Source of the DNA: Hyphomicrobiales bacterium | GTDB lineage: Bacteria > Pseudomonadota > Alphaproteobacteria > Rhizobiales > RI-29 | Direction of reading: 5' to 3' | Length of the DNA: 64,000 nt | Assembly: GCA_016125495.1 (NCBI GenBank) | Contig: WGLQ01000012.1 | Coordinates: forward strand, 6,925-70,924 | In this document: one piece after another, positions 21,669 through 31,832 of the stretch | Position numbering within the stretch: the stretch's first letter is position 1 | How the letters are laid out: each line of letters opens with the position of its first letter | The notes under the pieces: generated by a model | Database searches by the model: none | What the model saw: only the letters and a program-made list of their open reading frames with translations | What the model was told of the DNA's origin: nothing | Translations under genes and position numbers: made by a program

Positions 21669-22712
21669 GTGAAGAGGTTGGTTGCCCTGACGGCAGCCGC
21701 GGTCGTCGTCGGCTTCGCCGGCACGGCTTCGGCTCGTGAGATCAAGATCGTCGGTTCCTCGACGGTTTTCCCCTACACCCAGGCGGTCGCCGAGGAATTC
21801 GCCAACAAGGGCGGCACGGCGCCGACGGTCGAGTCGACCGGCACTGGCGGCGGCATGAAGGTCTTCTGCGGCGGCATCGGCGAGCAGCATCCCGACATCA
21901 CCGGCGCTTCGCGCGCGATGAAGAAGTCGGAGTACGAACTCTGCACGGCGAACGGCGTCACCGACATCACCGAAGTGCTGCTCGGCTACGACGGCCTGTC
22001 CATCGCCAACTCGCGCAAGGGACCGCTGTTCAACCTGACGAAGGCGCAGATCTACCTCGCGCTGGCCGCGCAGGTTCCGGTCGATGGCGCTCTTGCCGCG
22101 AACCCCTACAAGAAGTGGTCCGAGATCGACGCCTCGCTTCCCGACATGCCGATCGTCGCCTACGGCCCGCCCCCGACGTCGGGCACCCGTGATGCGTTCG
22201 TCGAGCTGGCGATGAACGAGGGCTGCGAGGAACTCGAGTTCTTCAAGGCGCTGAAGGCCGCCGACAAGAAGGCCTTCGGCAACGTCCTCAAGACCACCTG
22301 CTCCGAGATGCGCCAGGACGGCCCGTTCATCGAGGCTGGTGAGAACGACAATCTGATCGTCCAGCGCCTCGACGCCGATGCCAATGCGGTCGGCATCTTC
22401 GGCTACTCGTTCCTCTTCGAGAATCAGGACAAGCTCCAGGGCCTGACGGTCGCTGGCGTGGCTCCCTCGAGCGAGACGATCGCCGATGGCTCCTACGGCA
22501 TCGCGCGCCCGCTCTACTTCTATGTGAAGAACGCGCACCGCAGCGTGATCAAGGGCATGAACGAGTTCATCACCGAGTATGTCTCCGAGGAGGCGATGGG
22601 CCCGGGCGGCTACCTCTCCGAGCGCGGTCTGGTCGTCCTTGCCGACGACGTCCGCAAGAAGGTGCAGGATGGCGCCACGTCGTCCATGAACATGCCGGCC
22701 CCGACGAAGTAA
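21669..22712 (+). CDS. pstS: Phosphate ABC transporter substrate-binding protein PstS
   Basis: GTG start after GAGGGAGAG, signal peptide, IKIVGSSTVFPY, ESTGTGGG and GTRDAF. Confidence 0.93.
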   Translation: MKRLVALTAAAVVVGFAGTASAREIKIVGSSTVFPYTQAVAEEFANKGGTAPTVESTGTGGGMKVFCGGIGEQHPDITGASRAMKKSEYELCTANGVTDITEVLLGYDGLSIANSRKGPLFNLTKAQIYLALAAQVPVDGALAANPYKKWSEIDASLPDMPIVAYGPPPTSGTRDAFVELAMNEGCEELEFFKALKAADKKAFGNVLKTTCSEMRQDGPFIEAGENDNLIVQRLDADANAVGIFGYSFLFENQDKLQGLTVAGVAPSSETIADGSYGIARPLYFYVKNAHRSVIKGMNEFITEYVSEEAMGPGGYLSERGLVVLADDVRKKVQDGATSSMNMPAPTK

Positions 22713-22760
22713 CGGGTAGGCTGCAGCAAGCCCCACCCCTGGTGTGGGTCGACGAAACGG

Positions 22761-22792
22761 GCCACCGGGCGTCAGCGACGATGCCCGGTGGC
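22761..22792 (+). promoter_or_regulatory. Perfect 10-bp stem-loop in the pstS-pstC spacer (intercistronic stabiliser or partial terminator)
   Basis: GCCACCGGGC (22761-22770), a 12-nt loop, then GCCCGGTGGC (22783-22792). It is followed by GGTTGGTT, with no strong U-tract. Confidence 0.45.
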
Positions 22793-22958
22793 GGTTGGTT
22801 CGCCGAGCGAGCCAACCCGGGCGCTGAACCCTCGGCCGCCCATGGCCATCGAGGGGAAGGCCTGCAAGACGTGCCTGAGCATTGAACCGTCCGCCTCGGC
22901 ACGATCGCGATAGCGGAACGGAGCCACGCGGTGGTGGCAGGGAGGCAAGTTCACAGCG

Positions 22959-24335
22959 ATGACATCATTCCTCGTACTTGCGCTTCTGCTGATCACGATA
23001 GCGGCGTACGTCACCGGCTTGCAGGTTGCAAAGGGCTTCAAGGTCGGCGCCGGCCAGCAGCATTCCCTCGCCGGCTACCACGGCGCCTACATGGCCTCTT
23101 GGGCGGCGATCCCGTCCTTTCTCTTGGTGCTGGTCTGGTTGCTTTTCCAGGGCTCGGTGGTCGACCGGCTGCTTCTGGCGAGCCTGCCCTCCGAGATGGT
23201 CGACGGCCAGTCACAAGGCCAGGTCGCCTTGGTGCTGAGCGAGATCAAGTCGGTCGCCAAGGGCAACATCTTCGGCACGCCGAGCGATGCGGTGATCGAA
23301 GCTGCTGATCGCTACAACGCCTGGCAGCAGATCGCGAGCTGGGCCATGGCGGTCATCGCGCTGGTGCTCGCGGTCGCCGGGCTCGCCTTCGCCCGCACGC
23401 ACCTTGCGCCTCGGTTTCGCGCGCGCAACCACTTCGAGCGCATCGTCAGCGGCTTCATGATCGTCTGCTCGCTCATCGCGATCCTGACGACGCTCGGCAT
23501 CGTCGTCTCCCTTCTCTACGAGAGCATCCGTTTCTTCTCCATCATCCCGCTGCACGAGTTCCTGTTCGGCGCGAAATGGGAACCGCAGATCGCGATGCGC
23601 GCGGACCAGGCGTCCGCCGGCGGCGCGTTCGGTGCCATCCCGGTCTTCACGGGCACACTGTTGATCGCGGTCATCGCCATGCTGGTTGCGACGCCGATCG
23701 GTCTCTATGCCGCGATCTACCTCAGTGAGTACGCGCCCCGCAGGGTCCGCTCCACCGTCAAGCCGCTCCTCGAGATCCTCGCCGGCATCCCGACGGTCGT
23801 CTACGGGTTCTTCGCCGTGCTCACCGTCGCACCCGCCATGCGGAGCCTCGGCGAGGCACTCGGCTTTTCCATTGCGCCCAACAGCGCCCTCGCGGCCGGT
23901 GCCGTCATGGGGATCATGCTGATCCCGTTCATTTCCTCTCTTTCGGACGACGCCATCAGCGCGGTGCCTCAGTCGCTGCGCGACGGCTCCTACGGCCTCG
24001 GTGCCACGAGAGGCGAGACGATCACCCAGGTTCTCCTGCCGGCCGCCCTTCCCGGCATCATGGGTGGCATCCTGCTCGCTCTGAGCCGTGCCATCGGCGA
24101 GACGATGATCGTGGTCATGGCCGCCGGCATCATCGCAGCCCTGACGCTCAATCCCTTCGAACCGGTGACGACCGTGACGGTGCAGATCGTCACATTGCTG
24201 ATCGGCGACACCGAGTTCGACAATCCCAAGACGCTCGCCGCATTCGCGCTCGGCCTCGTGCTGTTCCTCGTCACGCTGGCGCTCAACGTCCTGGCACTGC
24301 ACATCGTGCGGAAATATCGAGAGCAATATGACTGA
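22959..24335 (+). CDS. pstC: Phosphate ABC transporter permease PstC (long form)
   Basis: Multi-TM protein with FGAIPVFTGTLLIAVIAMLVATPIGL and EAAYGLGAT-like SLRDGSYGLGATRGE. It sits between pstS and pstA. Confidence 0.93.
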   Translation: MTSFLVLALLLITIAAYVTGLQVAKGFKVGAGQQHSLAGYHGAYMASWAAIPSFLLVLVWLLFQGSVVDRLLLASLPSEMVDGQSQGQVALVLSEIKSVAKGNIFGTPSDAVIEAADRYNAWQQIASWAMAVIALVLAVAGLAFARTHLAPRFRARNHFERIVSGFMIVCSLIAILTTLGIVVSLLYESIRFFSIIPLHEFLFGAKWEPQIAMRADQASAGGAFGAIPVFTGTLLIAVIAMLVATPIGLYAAIYLSEYAPRRVRSTVKPLLEILAGIPTVVYGFFAVLTVAPAMRSLGEALGFSIAPNSALAAGAVMGIMLIPFISSLSDDAISAVPQSLRDGSYGLGATRGETITQVLLPAALPGIMGGILLALSRAIGETMIVVMAAGIIAALTLNPFEPVTTVTVQIVTLLIGDTEFDNPKTLAAFALGLVLFLVTLALNVLALHIVRKYREQYD

Positions 24336-25965
24336 TACCACCGCATCATCGACGCACGACTGGGCATCTCCTGCCGCGCGCCGCCGCGTTCGTCGCCGCT
24401 ACGGGGCCGACCGCCGCCTCCAGGCTCTCGGCATCGGCGCGATATTGATCTCCCTCGGCCTCCTGGTGACGTTGTTTTCGTCGCTCCTGTGGACCGGCTA
24501 TGCCGCCTTCACGACGACGAAGGTGCAGCTCGAGATTTTCCTCGATCCCGCCAAGATCGATGCCAAGGACCCCGCCAAGGCCAACTACCGCAACATCGTC
24601 CGCGACGCGTTCCTGCAACATTTCCCCGATGTTCCGAAGGCCGAGCAAAGAAGCCTAATCAAGATTCTGATTTCGGGCGCCCAGTACATCGTCAGGGATT
24701 TCGCGGTCGCCAATCCGGACCGTATCGGCCAGAACGTCAGGATCAACATCCCGGTCTCCGACCCCTTCGATCAATTGCACAAGAGGATCATCCCCGAGCG
24801 TATCGAGGCTCTCGGCGGCGATCGCATCGTGCTCTACGAGAGCCTGCGGCGGAGGGGCGTGCTCTCCGTGGTCGATGGGCGCGGCGTCGTCACCATCGAC
24901 GCCTTCGTCGATCCGGCATCCATCGATCGCGCGAATCCGGCCTCCGGCGGCTACGAGAAAATGGTCCGCGAGGGGTTCCGGACCTATTTCCTCGGCAACC
25001 CGACGGCGGTGTACTGGGAGATGATTCCCGCCAAGGCCGGCGACACGCTCCGTGACCTCGTCGTCGCCGATCCATCGGTGATCGGCCGCACGATCCGCGT
25101 GAACATTCCGCTCTCCGAGCATTACGACGCGCTCTTGCGCACCGGCGAGGCGACAATCCTCAACCCCCGCTTCTCCTCCGAGCGCGAGATCGAATGGTTC
25201 CGCTCGCTGGCGAGCCGCGACCTGATCGCGACGCCTTTCACCAGCGAACTCTTTTTCAACGCCGACAGCCGGTTCCCGGAATTGGCCGGTCTCGCCGGCG
25301 CGCTCACGGGCTCGTTCCTGACCCTGCTGGTCTGCTTCCTCCTCAGCTTCCCGATCGGCATCGCGGCGGCGATCTATCTCGAGGAATTCGCGCCAAAGAG
25401 CCGCATGACGGACCTGATCGAGGTCAACATCAACAACCTTGCGGCGGTCCCCTCGGTCGTTTTCGGTCTGCTCGGGCTCGCCGTTTTCATCGGCTGGTTC
25501 GGCCTGCCGCGATCCGCGCCGATCGTCGGCGGCATGGTGCTCGCCCTCATGACGCTGCCGACCATCATCGTGGCGACGCGTGCCGCCCTCAAAGCGGTTC
25601 CCCCCTCGATCCGCGAGGCGGCCCTCGGCGTCGGGGCTTCCAAGCATCAGGTGATGTTCCACCACGTCCTGCCGCTCGCCATGCCCGGCATCCTGACGGG
25701 CACCATCATCGGTCTCGCCCAGGCTCTCGGCGAAACGGCGCCCCTTCTGCTCATCGGCATGAACGCCTTCATACCGAGCATCGAGAACATGGGCGTGCTC
25801 GATCCGGCCATGGCGCTGCCGACGCAGATTTATTCCTGGGCCGACAGCCCCGAGCGCGGCTTCGTCAGCCGCACCTCGGCGGCGATCCTCGTGCTGCTCG
25901 GCTTCCTGGTGGTGATGAACGCGATAGCCGTCTGGCTCCGCAGCCGCCTCGAGCGCACGTGGTAG
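24328..25965 (+). CDS. pstA: Phosphate ABC transporter permease PstA (long form)
   Basis: Overlaps the pstC end by 8 nt and has a long periplasmic insertion. IREAALGVGASKHQ and ETAPLL motifs. Confidence 0.93.
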   Translation: MTDTTASSTHDWASPAARRRVRRRYGADRRLQALGIGAILISLGLLVTLFSSLLWTGYAAFTTTKVQLEIFLDPAKIDAKDPAKANYRNIVRDAFLQHFPDVPKAEQRSLIKILISGAQYIVRDFAVANPDRIGQNVRINIPVSDPFDQLHKRIIPERIEALGGDRIVLYESLRRRGVLSVVDGRGVVTIDAFVDPASIDRANPASGGYEKMVREGFRTYFLGNPTAVYWEMIPAKAGDTLRDLVVADPSVIGRTIRVNIPLSEHYDALLRTGEATILNPRFSSEREIEWFRSLASRDLIATPFTSELFFNADSRFPELAGLAGALTGSFLTLLVCFLLSFPIGIAAAIYLEEFAPKSRMTDLIEVNINNLAAVPSVVFGLLGLAVFIGWFGLPRSAPIVGGMVLALMTLPTIIVATRAALKAVPPSIREAALGVGASKHQVMFHHVLPLAMPGILTGTIIGLAQALGETAPLLLIGMNAFIPSIENMGVLDPAMALPTQIYSWADSPERGFVSRTSAAILVLLGFLVVMNAIAVWLRSRLERTW

Positions 25966-26023
25966 TCCGGCGGTCGCCGGTGGTTGCAGGAATTGCTAGG
26001 ATCGATTGGATTGGAGAGCTGGG

Positions 26024-26854
26024 ATGGATGTGCAGATGGCGACTTCGGTGAAGGCTGAAAGGCATCCGCGGGCGAGCATGGCGCGGCCGGCCGTCGCCAA
26101 CACGAAGGTTTCCGGCAGCAACGTCAGCGTCTTCTACGGCGAAAAGCAGGCGCTTTTCGACGTTTCACTCGACATCCCGGCGAACGCGGTCACCGCATTG
26201 ATCGGTCCCTCGGGTTGCGGCAAGTCGACGTTCCTTCGCTGCATCAACCGGATGAACGATGTCATCCCGATCGCCCGGGTGACCGGCGAGATCACCATCG
26301 ACGGGCGCAGCATCAACGATCCGGATCTGGACGTGGTGGAACTGCGTGCCCGAGTCGGCATGGTGTTCCAGAAGCCCAATCCGTTCCCCAAGTCGATCTT
26401 CGACAACGTCGCCTACGGTCCGCGGATCCATGGCCTTGCCGCGAACAAGGCCGAACTCGAGGAGATCGTGGTCTCGAGCCTCGAGCGCGCCGGCCTTTTC
26501 GACGAGGTCAAGGACCGTCTCTATGAACCCGGCACCGGGCTCTCCGGCGGCCAGCAGCAGCGCCTCTGCATCGCCCGCGCCATCGCCACGCGGCCCGAGA
26601 TCATCCTGATGGACGAGCCCTGTTCCGCGCTCGATCCGATCGCCACCGCCAAGGTCGAGGAGCTCATGGACGAGCTTCGGGAAAATTATACGATCGTCAT
26701 CGTCACGCACTCGATGCAGCAGGCCGCCCGCGTCTCCCAGAGGACCGCGTTTTTCTTCCGCGGTTACCTGATCGAGGAGGGCGACACCACGCAGATTTTC
26801 ACGAATCCGCGGGACAGCAAGACGCAGGACTACATCACCGGCCGCTTCGGTTGA
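26024..26854 (+). CDS. pstB: Phosphate ABC transporter ATP-binding protein PstB
   Basis: [39 protein letters not shown] and [11 protein letters not shown] 26024 is preceded by GGAGAG. Confidence 0.97.
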   Translation: MDVQMATSVKAERHPRASMARPAVANTKVSGSNVSVFYGEKQALFDVSLDIPANAVTALIGPSGCGKSTFLRCINRMNDVIPIARVTGEITIDGRSINDPDLDVVELRARVGMVFQKPNPFPKSIFDNVAYGPRIHGLAANKAELEEIVVSSLERAGLFDEVKDRLYEPGTGLSGGQQQRLCIARAIATRPEIILMDEPCSALDPIATAKVEELMDELRENYTIVIVTHSMQQAARVSQRTAFFFRGYLIEEGDTTQIFTNPRDSKTQDYITGRFG

Positions 26855-26961
26855 GGTCCGCTGTCTGCGGCGCCCCGCCGCAGGTGCCGTTTTTCGTTCC
26901 CTGGACCCGTGCCAATGCCCGGACCTCGCGCCGACGCGCGCAACGTGGAGGGTCGCCTGAC

Positions 26962-27672
26962 ATGGACCATACAGTCCGCGCCTATACCGACGAGTTGAAC
27001 AAGCTCGACCATCGCATCGCCAAGATGGGCGGCCTCGCCGAGATGCTGCTGGCCAATTCCTTCGAGGCGCTCGAAAAGCGCGACGCCGTTCTTGCGCAAT
27101 CGGTCATCGACCGCGACGTCGCGCTCGATGCGGGTGAGCAGGAGGTCGAGGAGCAGGTCATCACCCTGATCGCCCGTCGCCAGCCGCTGGCGGTCGACCT
27201 TCGCCACGTCATGTGTGCGCTGAAGGTCGCGGCCGAACTGGAGCGCATCGGCGACCTCTCCAAGAACGTCGCCAAGCGTGCCATCGCGGTGGCCAGCGAG
27301 AGCCATCCCAAGGCTCTGATTTCCGGCCTCAGGCACATGAACGAACTCGCCCAGGTGCAGCTGAAGAACGTGCTCGACGCCTATGCGCAGCGCGATCTGG
27401 AAAGGGCCCGCATCGTCTGGCAGCGCGACGCCGACATCGACCTCACATTCAACTCCGTCTTCCGCGAGCTACTGACCTACATGATGGAGGACCCGCGCAA
27501 CATCGGGCTCTGCACGCACCTCCTGTTCGGGGCCAAGAACCTCGAGCGCGTCGGCGACCACTGCACGAACATCGCCGAGATGGTGCACTTCATGGTGAGC
27601 GGTACGATGCTCCCGGATGGCCGGCCGAAGTCGGACCGTACCAGCAGCACCTTGCTGCCGTCCGGCGAATGA
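26962..27672 (+). CDS. phoU: Phosphate signalling complex protein PhoU
   Basis: Two PhoU repeats (AELERIGDLSKNVAKRA and KNLERVGDHCTNIAE). ATG 26962 lies within ORF 26851..27672. Confidence 0.95.
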   Translation: MDHTVRAYTDELNKLDHRIAKMGGLAEMLLANSFEALEKRDAVLAQSVIDRDVALDAGEQEVEEQVITLIARRQPLAVDLRHVMCALKVAAELERIGDLSKNVAKRAIAVASESHPKALISGLRHMNELAQVQLKNVLDAYAQRDLERARIVWQRDADIDLTFNSVFRELLTYMMEDPRNIGLCTHLLFGAKNLERVGDHCTNIAEMVHFMVSGTMLPDGRPKSDRTSSTLLPSGE

Positions 27673-27706
27673 TGCCTGCGGGGATGGCGCGAGGGAGGAC
27701 TGAACG

Positions 27707-28396
27707 ATGAGCGCCAGGATCCTGGTTGTCGAGGACGACGTCTCGCTCGGCACCCTCATCCGCTACAATCTCGATGCGGAAGGTTATCCGGTCGAGGTGA
27801 TCACCCGGGGTGACGAGGTCGAGACCATCATCGACGAGTATCGCCCCGATCTCATCGTGATGGATTGGATGCTTCCGGGGGTCTCCGGTCTCGAACTGTG
27901 CCGGCGAATTCGCGCCCGCAAGGAGACCGCCCATCTCCCCCTGCTCATGCTGACCGCCAAGGGCGAGGAGAGCGATCTCCTGCGCGGCTTCGAGACGGGA
28001 GTGGATGATTATATCGTCAAACCGTTTTCGATCCCCGAGCTGCTCGGGCGCATCAAGGCCATTCTTCGCCGCAGTGCGCCGAGCCGCATGGCCGACGAAC
28101 TCGAGGTGGGGGACATCCGCCTCGACCGCGCCGGCCACAGGGTCTCGCGCAACGGCCGCGATATCCGCATGGGCCCGACCGAGTACCGACTCCTCGAGTT
28201 TTTCATGCAGAGCCCCGGCCGAGTGTTCACGCGCTCCCAGCTCCTCGACGGCGTCTGGGGCCGCGATGTCTACGTCGACGAGCGCACCGTCGATGTGCAC
28301 ATCGGGCGCCTGCGCCGCGCTCTCATTCGCGGTAAGGAAAAGGACCCGATCCGCACCGTTCGCGGCGCCGGATACGCCTTCGGCGACAACAGTTGA
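27707..28396 (+). CDS. phoB: Phosphate regulon response regulator PhoB
   Basis: ILVVEDD, DLIVMDWMLPGVSG, LTAKGEE, and an OmpR-type winged helix (TVDVHIGRLRRAL, IRTVRGAGYAF). Confidence 0.95.
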   Translation: MSARILVVEDDVSLGTLIRYNLDAEGYPVEVITRGDEVETIIDEYRPDLIVMDWMLPGVSGLELCRRIRARKETAHLPLLMLTAKGEESDLLRGFETGVDDYIVKPFSIPELLGRIKAILRRSAPSRMADELEVGDIRLDRAGHRVSRNGRDIRMGPTEYRLLEFFMQSPGRVFTRSQLLDGVWGRDVYVDERTVDVHIGRLRRALIRGKEKDPIRTVRGAGYAFGDNS

Positions 28397-28464
28397 CGTA
28401 AGCCACAGCCGAAACGCGTCACCAGGGCGGCAAGCACCCTTGCTGCATGGAGCCCCAAGAGATT

Positions 28465-28499
28465 GAGGGCCGGCGCCACCCCCATGGCATCCGGCCCTC
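28465..28499. repeat. Perfect 9-bp inverted repeat between convergent phoB and gcrA (possible bidirectional terminator)
   Basis: GAGGGCCGG (28465-28473), a 17-nt loop, then CCGGCCCTC (28491-28499). There is no flanking U-tract on either strand. Confidence 0.3.
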
Positions 28500-28586
28500 G
28501 CCCCGCTTCGTCCCCCGCTTCTTCCAGGCCCTCTCTGGAAACTCGTCTGCCGGTCTCCGCCCCCGGCCCCGCCGACGAACGTGCCG

Positions 28587-29120
28587 TCAGCTGGCGATTG
28601 CGACCTTTTCTTCACTGCGCTGCTCGCGCCTGCGCGCCTGCACCGGCTGGTAGGCGCGCCGCGCATGGAATTCGCAGTAAGGCAGCCCCGTGATCCGTTC
28701 GCGCCCGCAGAAGTGGAAGTCCTCGTGCGTCGGATCGCCGATCGGCCAGCGGCAGCAATGCTCGGTCAGCGTGGCGATCGATTTGCGCTCCTCGACGGGA
28801 ATGACCAGTTCGTTGGGCACCTCGAACGATTGCGCCTCGTAGGCTCCCGCATTCTGCGAAAGCAGCTCACGCAGGCTTTCGCCGACCCCGCCGCCGCCGA
28901 GCCGCATCACACGGGCCCGCTTCGGGCGCGCCATCTTCTTGCGCGGCCGCACCGACTTGATCCGCGACGTCGTCGCGCGGCCGGAGAGGCCCAGTCTGTG
29001 CACCTTGCCGATGACGGCGTTTCGCGTGACATCGCCGATCCGGTGCGCGATCTGGCTTGCACTAAGTCCCTCGCCCCAAAGGCGTTTCAGTTCCTCGACA
29101 CGTTCCGTGGTCCAGGCCAT
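28587..29120 (-). CDS. gcrA: Cell-cycle transcriptional regulator GcrA
   Basis: MAWTTERVEELKRLWGEGLSASQIAHRIGDVTRNAVIGKVHRLGLSGR, and the C-terminal CRWPIGDP...FCG...PYCEFHARRAY. Confidence 0.95.
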   Translation of the reverse strand: MAWTTERVEELKRLWGEGLSASQIAHRIGDVTRNAVIGKVHRLGLSGRATTSRIKSVRPRKKMARPKRARVMRLGGGGVGESLRELLSQNAGAYEAQSFEVPNELVIPVEERKSIATLTEHCCRWPIGDPTHEDFHFCGRERITGLPYCEFHARRAYQPVQARRREQRSEEKVAIAS

Positions 29121-29537
29121 TGGTTATCGGCTCCTCTCGAATCCACGTCCGTTCGCCGCGTTGGGCGAACACCACCCCGTTGACCTGGTTTCTTCGCCAC
29201 AGGGACACGCGAAAATGTCCGAGAAGCGAGCAAACCGGGCCCGTTCAACTCTTGACGCAACTGGAGGGAACAACACCGGCCCGACGGAAGAAGAAAACCG
29301 GATGCCATGAATACGCGACATCTCGTGGCCAGCGAGGCGTAAGCTACTAGATCGCCGGTTGGCAGCGCAAGCGTCGCCTGCCCCTGATTCGCTGCCCCGG
29401 ACCAAGCCGTTGCCGCAGCGCAACGTCGCGGCAGGATCATCCACAATTGGACTTGACGCGCGTCATGTCTCGGAAATCCGGGCCTCCGAGGCGCCCTGTT
29501 TGACTTTTCGCGGGTCGAAAGCTACGAAATCTTCAAG

Positions 29538-29570
29538 CGCCGCCGCACTGCCGGCGGCGTTTCCCTTTTT
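29538..29570 (+). terminator. Orphan intrinsic terminator 46 nt upstream of the argD start
   Basis: CGCCGCCG (29538-29545), a 6-nt loop, then CGGCGGCG (29552-29559), followed by TTTCCCTTTTT. No plus-strand gene lies upstream of it. Confidence 0.55.
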
Positions 29571-29615
29571 ACGCTCCACATCTTTCTATGGGTCTACAAC
29601 TCGTCAGGTTCCGCC

Positions 29616-30830
29616 ATGTCCGCCGTTCTGCCGACCTACTCCCGCTATGCCCTCGAGGTCTCTCACGGCGAGGGGGTCACGCTGGTCGCGACCAGTGGCG
29701 AGCGCTACCTGGATTTCGCTGGCGGTATCGCGGTCAACGTGCTCGGCCATGCCCATCCGCGCCTCGTGGCCGCGCTGACCGAGCAAGCGGGCCGGCTGTG
29801 GCACACGTCCAACCTCTATCGCATCCCCGGCCAGGAGCGTCTCGCCGAGCGGCTCTGCGCCGCCAGCTTCGCCGATCTGGCGTTCTTCACGAACTCCGGC
29901 GCCGAGGCGATCGAGTGCTCGCTGAAGATGGCGCGGCGTTATCATCATGTCTCGGGCGCGCCGGAGCGCTACCGCATCGTCACCTTCGAGGGCTCGTTCC
30001 ACGGCCGCACGCTCGCCACCATCGCGGCCGCCAAGCAGAAGAAACTGGTCGACGGTTTTGGCCCGATGATGGACGGGTTCGATCAGGTGCCCTTCGGTGA
30101 CCTCGCGGCCCTGGAGGCGGCGATCGGGCCTGAGACGGCTGGCATTCTGATCGAGCCCATCCAGGGCGAGGGCGGGATCCGCGTCGTCCCGGCGGCCGAC
30201 CTTGCGGCCATGCGCACGATCGCCGATCGCCACGGCGTGCTGCTTCTGCTCGACGAGGTCCAGTGCGGCATGGGCCGCACGGGCCGCCTCTTCGCGCACG
30301 AGTGGGCTGGCATCACGCCGGACATTCTGGCCTCCGCCAAGGGGATCGGTGGCGGCTTTCCGCTCGGTGCCTGCCTTGCGACCGCCGAGGCCGCCAAGGG
30401 CATGACCGCCGGCACCCACGGCTCGACCTATGGCGGCAACCCGCTCGCCATGGCGGTCGGCAACGCGGTACTCGATGTCCTCCTCGAACCCGGCTTCCTC
30501 GAGGAGGTCGTGCGCAAGGGCCAGTTCATGCGTCAGGGCCTGGCGGCTCTCGAGGACGCCTACGGCGACGTCATCGCCGAGGTGCGCGGTCAGGGCCTCA
30601 TGCTGGGGTTGAAACTCCACGTTCCGAACGGGGAATTCATCGGCGCGATGCTCGGCGAGCACATTCTCGCGGTACCGGCCGGCGAGAACGTGGTCCGTCT
30701 GCTGCCACCGCTCATCGTCGGGGAGGACGAAATGCGCGAAGCGTTGGCTCGCATCGAACGCGCCTGCAAGGCGAGCCGCGCGGCGCGTGCGGCCACCCCG
30801 CCGGCGGCGGAGCAGGCAGCGAACGCGTGA
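29616..30830 (+). CDS. argD: Acetylornithine (succinylornithine) aminotransferase
   Basis: Class III aminotransferase: [43 protein letters not shown] and [13 protein letters not shown]. Confidence 0.93.
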   Translation: MSAVLPTYSRYALEVSHGEGVTLVATSGERYLDFAGGIAVNVLGHAHPRLVAALTEQAGRLWHTSNLYRIPGQERLAERLCAASFADLAFFTNSGAEAIECSLKMARRYHHVSGAPERYRIVTFEGSFHGRTLATIAAAKQKKLVDGFGPMMDGFDQVPFGDLAALEAAIGPETAGILIEPIQGEGGIRVVPAADLAAMRTIADRHGVLLLLDEVQCGMGRTGRLFAHEWAGITPDILASAKGIGGGFPLGACLATAEAAKGMTAGTHGSTYGGNPLAMAVGNAVLDVLLEPGFLEEVVRKGQFMRQGLAALEDAYGDVIAEVRGQGLMLGLKLHVPNGEFIGAMLGEHILAVPAGENVVRLLPPLIVGEDEMREALARIERACKASRAARAATPPAAEQAANA

Positions 30831-30899
30831 AGGAACCCCGTCCTCGGGCTCGCGTGACCACGCGCCGCGAGCCTTGACCAAGCAGATCGGATTGCGATC

Positions 30900-31832
30900 G
30901 TGCCAACCGACATTCGTCATTTCCTCGATATCGATCACCTGACGAGCCGCGAGCTGCGTGCCCTGCTGGATAACGCGCATGCTCTCAAGAAGGCGGGTCG
31001 CGCCAGGCCGGCAGACCTGGTGCCGGCCGGCCTTTCGGGCGCGACGCTCGCCATGATCTTCGAGCGCCCCTCGACGCGCACGCGCGTCTCCTTCGACGTC
31101 GCAATGCGCCAGCTCGGTGGCGAGACCATCGTGCTGAGCCACGCCGAACTGCAGCTCGGTCGCGGCGAGACCGTCGCCGACACCGCCCGCGTCCTCTCGC
31201 GCTATGTCGACGCGATCATGCTGCGCACCGGCTCGCACGAAGCGTTGCTGGAACTGGCTCACGAGGCGTCCGTGCCGGTGATCAACGGCCTGACCAACCT
31301 CAGCCACCCGTGTCAGATCGTTGCCGACATCATGACGTTCGAGGAGCGGCTCGGCCCGATCACCGGGCGCAAGGTCGCCTGGATCGGCGATGCCAACAAC
31401 GTGGCGGCCTCCTGGATCCATGCCGCCGGCCGGCTCGACTTCGAGCTTTGGGTCGCCGCGCCCGAGGCCTACCAGCCCGATGCCGAATTGATGGCGTGGG
31501 CGCGCGCCGAAGGCGCCGAGGTGATCGTCACCGAGGATGCCCGGGCTGCGGCCGCGGGCGCCGATTGCATCATCGCCGATACCTGGGTTTCCATGGGCGA
31601 CGAGGACGCCGAGGAGCGCTTGCGTCTGCTCGCGCCGTTCCAGGTCAACGGCGAATTGATGGGTCTCGCCAGCAGCCGGGCCATTTTCCTGCACTGCCTG
31701 CCCGCCTATCGCGGCAAGGAGGTGACGGCCGACGTCCTCGACGGTCCGCAGTCGGCGGTCTTCGACGAGGCCGAGAACCGCCTGCACGGCCAGAAGGCGA
31801 TCCTCGTCTATTGCCTCGGGGATCGCCGGTGA
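30900..31832 (+). CDS. argF: Ornithine carbamoyltransferase
   Basis: [21 protein letters not shown], and [14 protein letters not shown] start. Confidence 0.95.
   Translation: MPTDIRHFLDIDHLTSRELRALLDNAHALKKAGRARPADLVPAGLSGATLAMIFERPSTRTRVSFDVAMRQLGGETIVLSHAELQLGRGETVADTARVLSRYVDAIMLRTGSHEALLELAHEASVPVINGLTNLSHPCQIVADIMTFEERLGPITGRKVAWIGDANNVAASWIHAAGRLDFELWVAAPEAYQPDAELMAWARAEGAEVIVTEDARAAAAGADCIIADTWVSMGDEDAEERLRLLAPFQVNGELMGLASSRAIFLHCLPAYRGKEVTADVLDGPQSAVFDEAENRLHGQKAILVYCLGDRR

Noticed and set aside
29121-29460. CtrA boxes (TTAA-N7-TTAA) or a cluster of CcrM GANTC sites in the gcrA upstream region.
   Set aside because: No TTAA-N7-TTAA was found by eye. Only two GANTC sites are present (29139-29143 and 29386-29390), which is not an enrichment.
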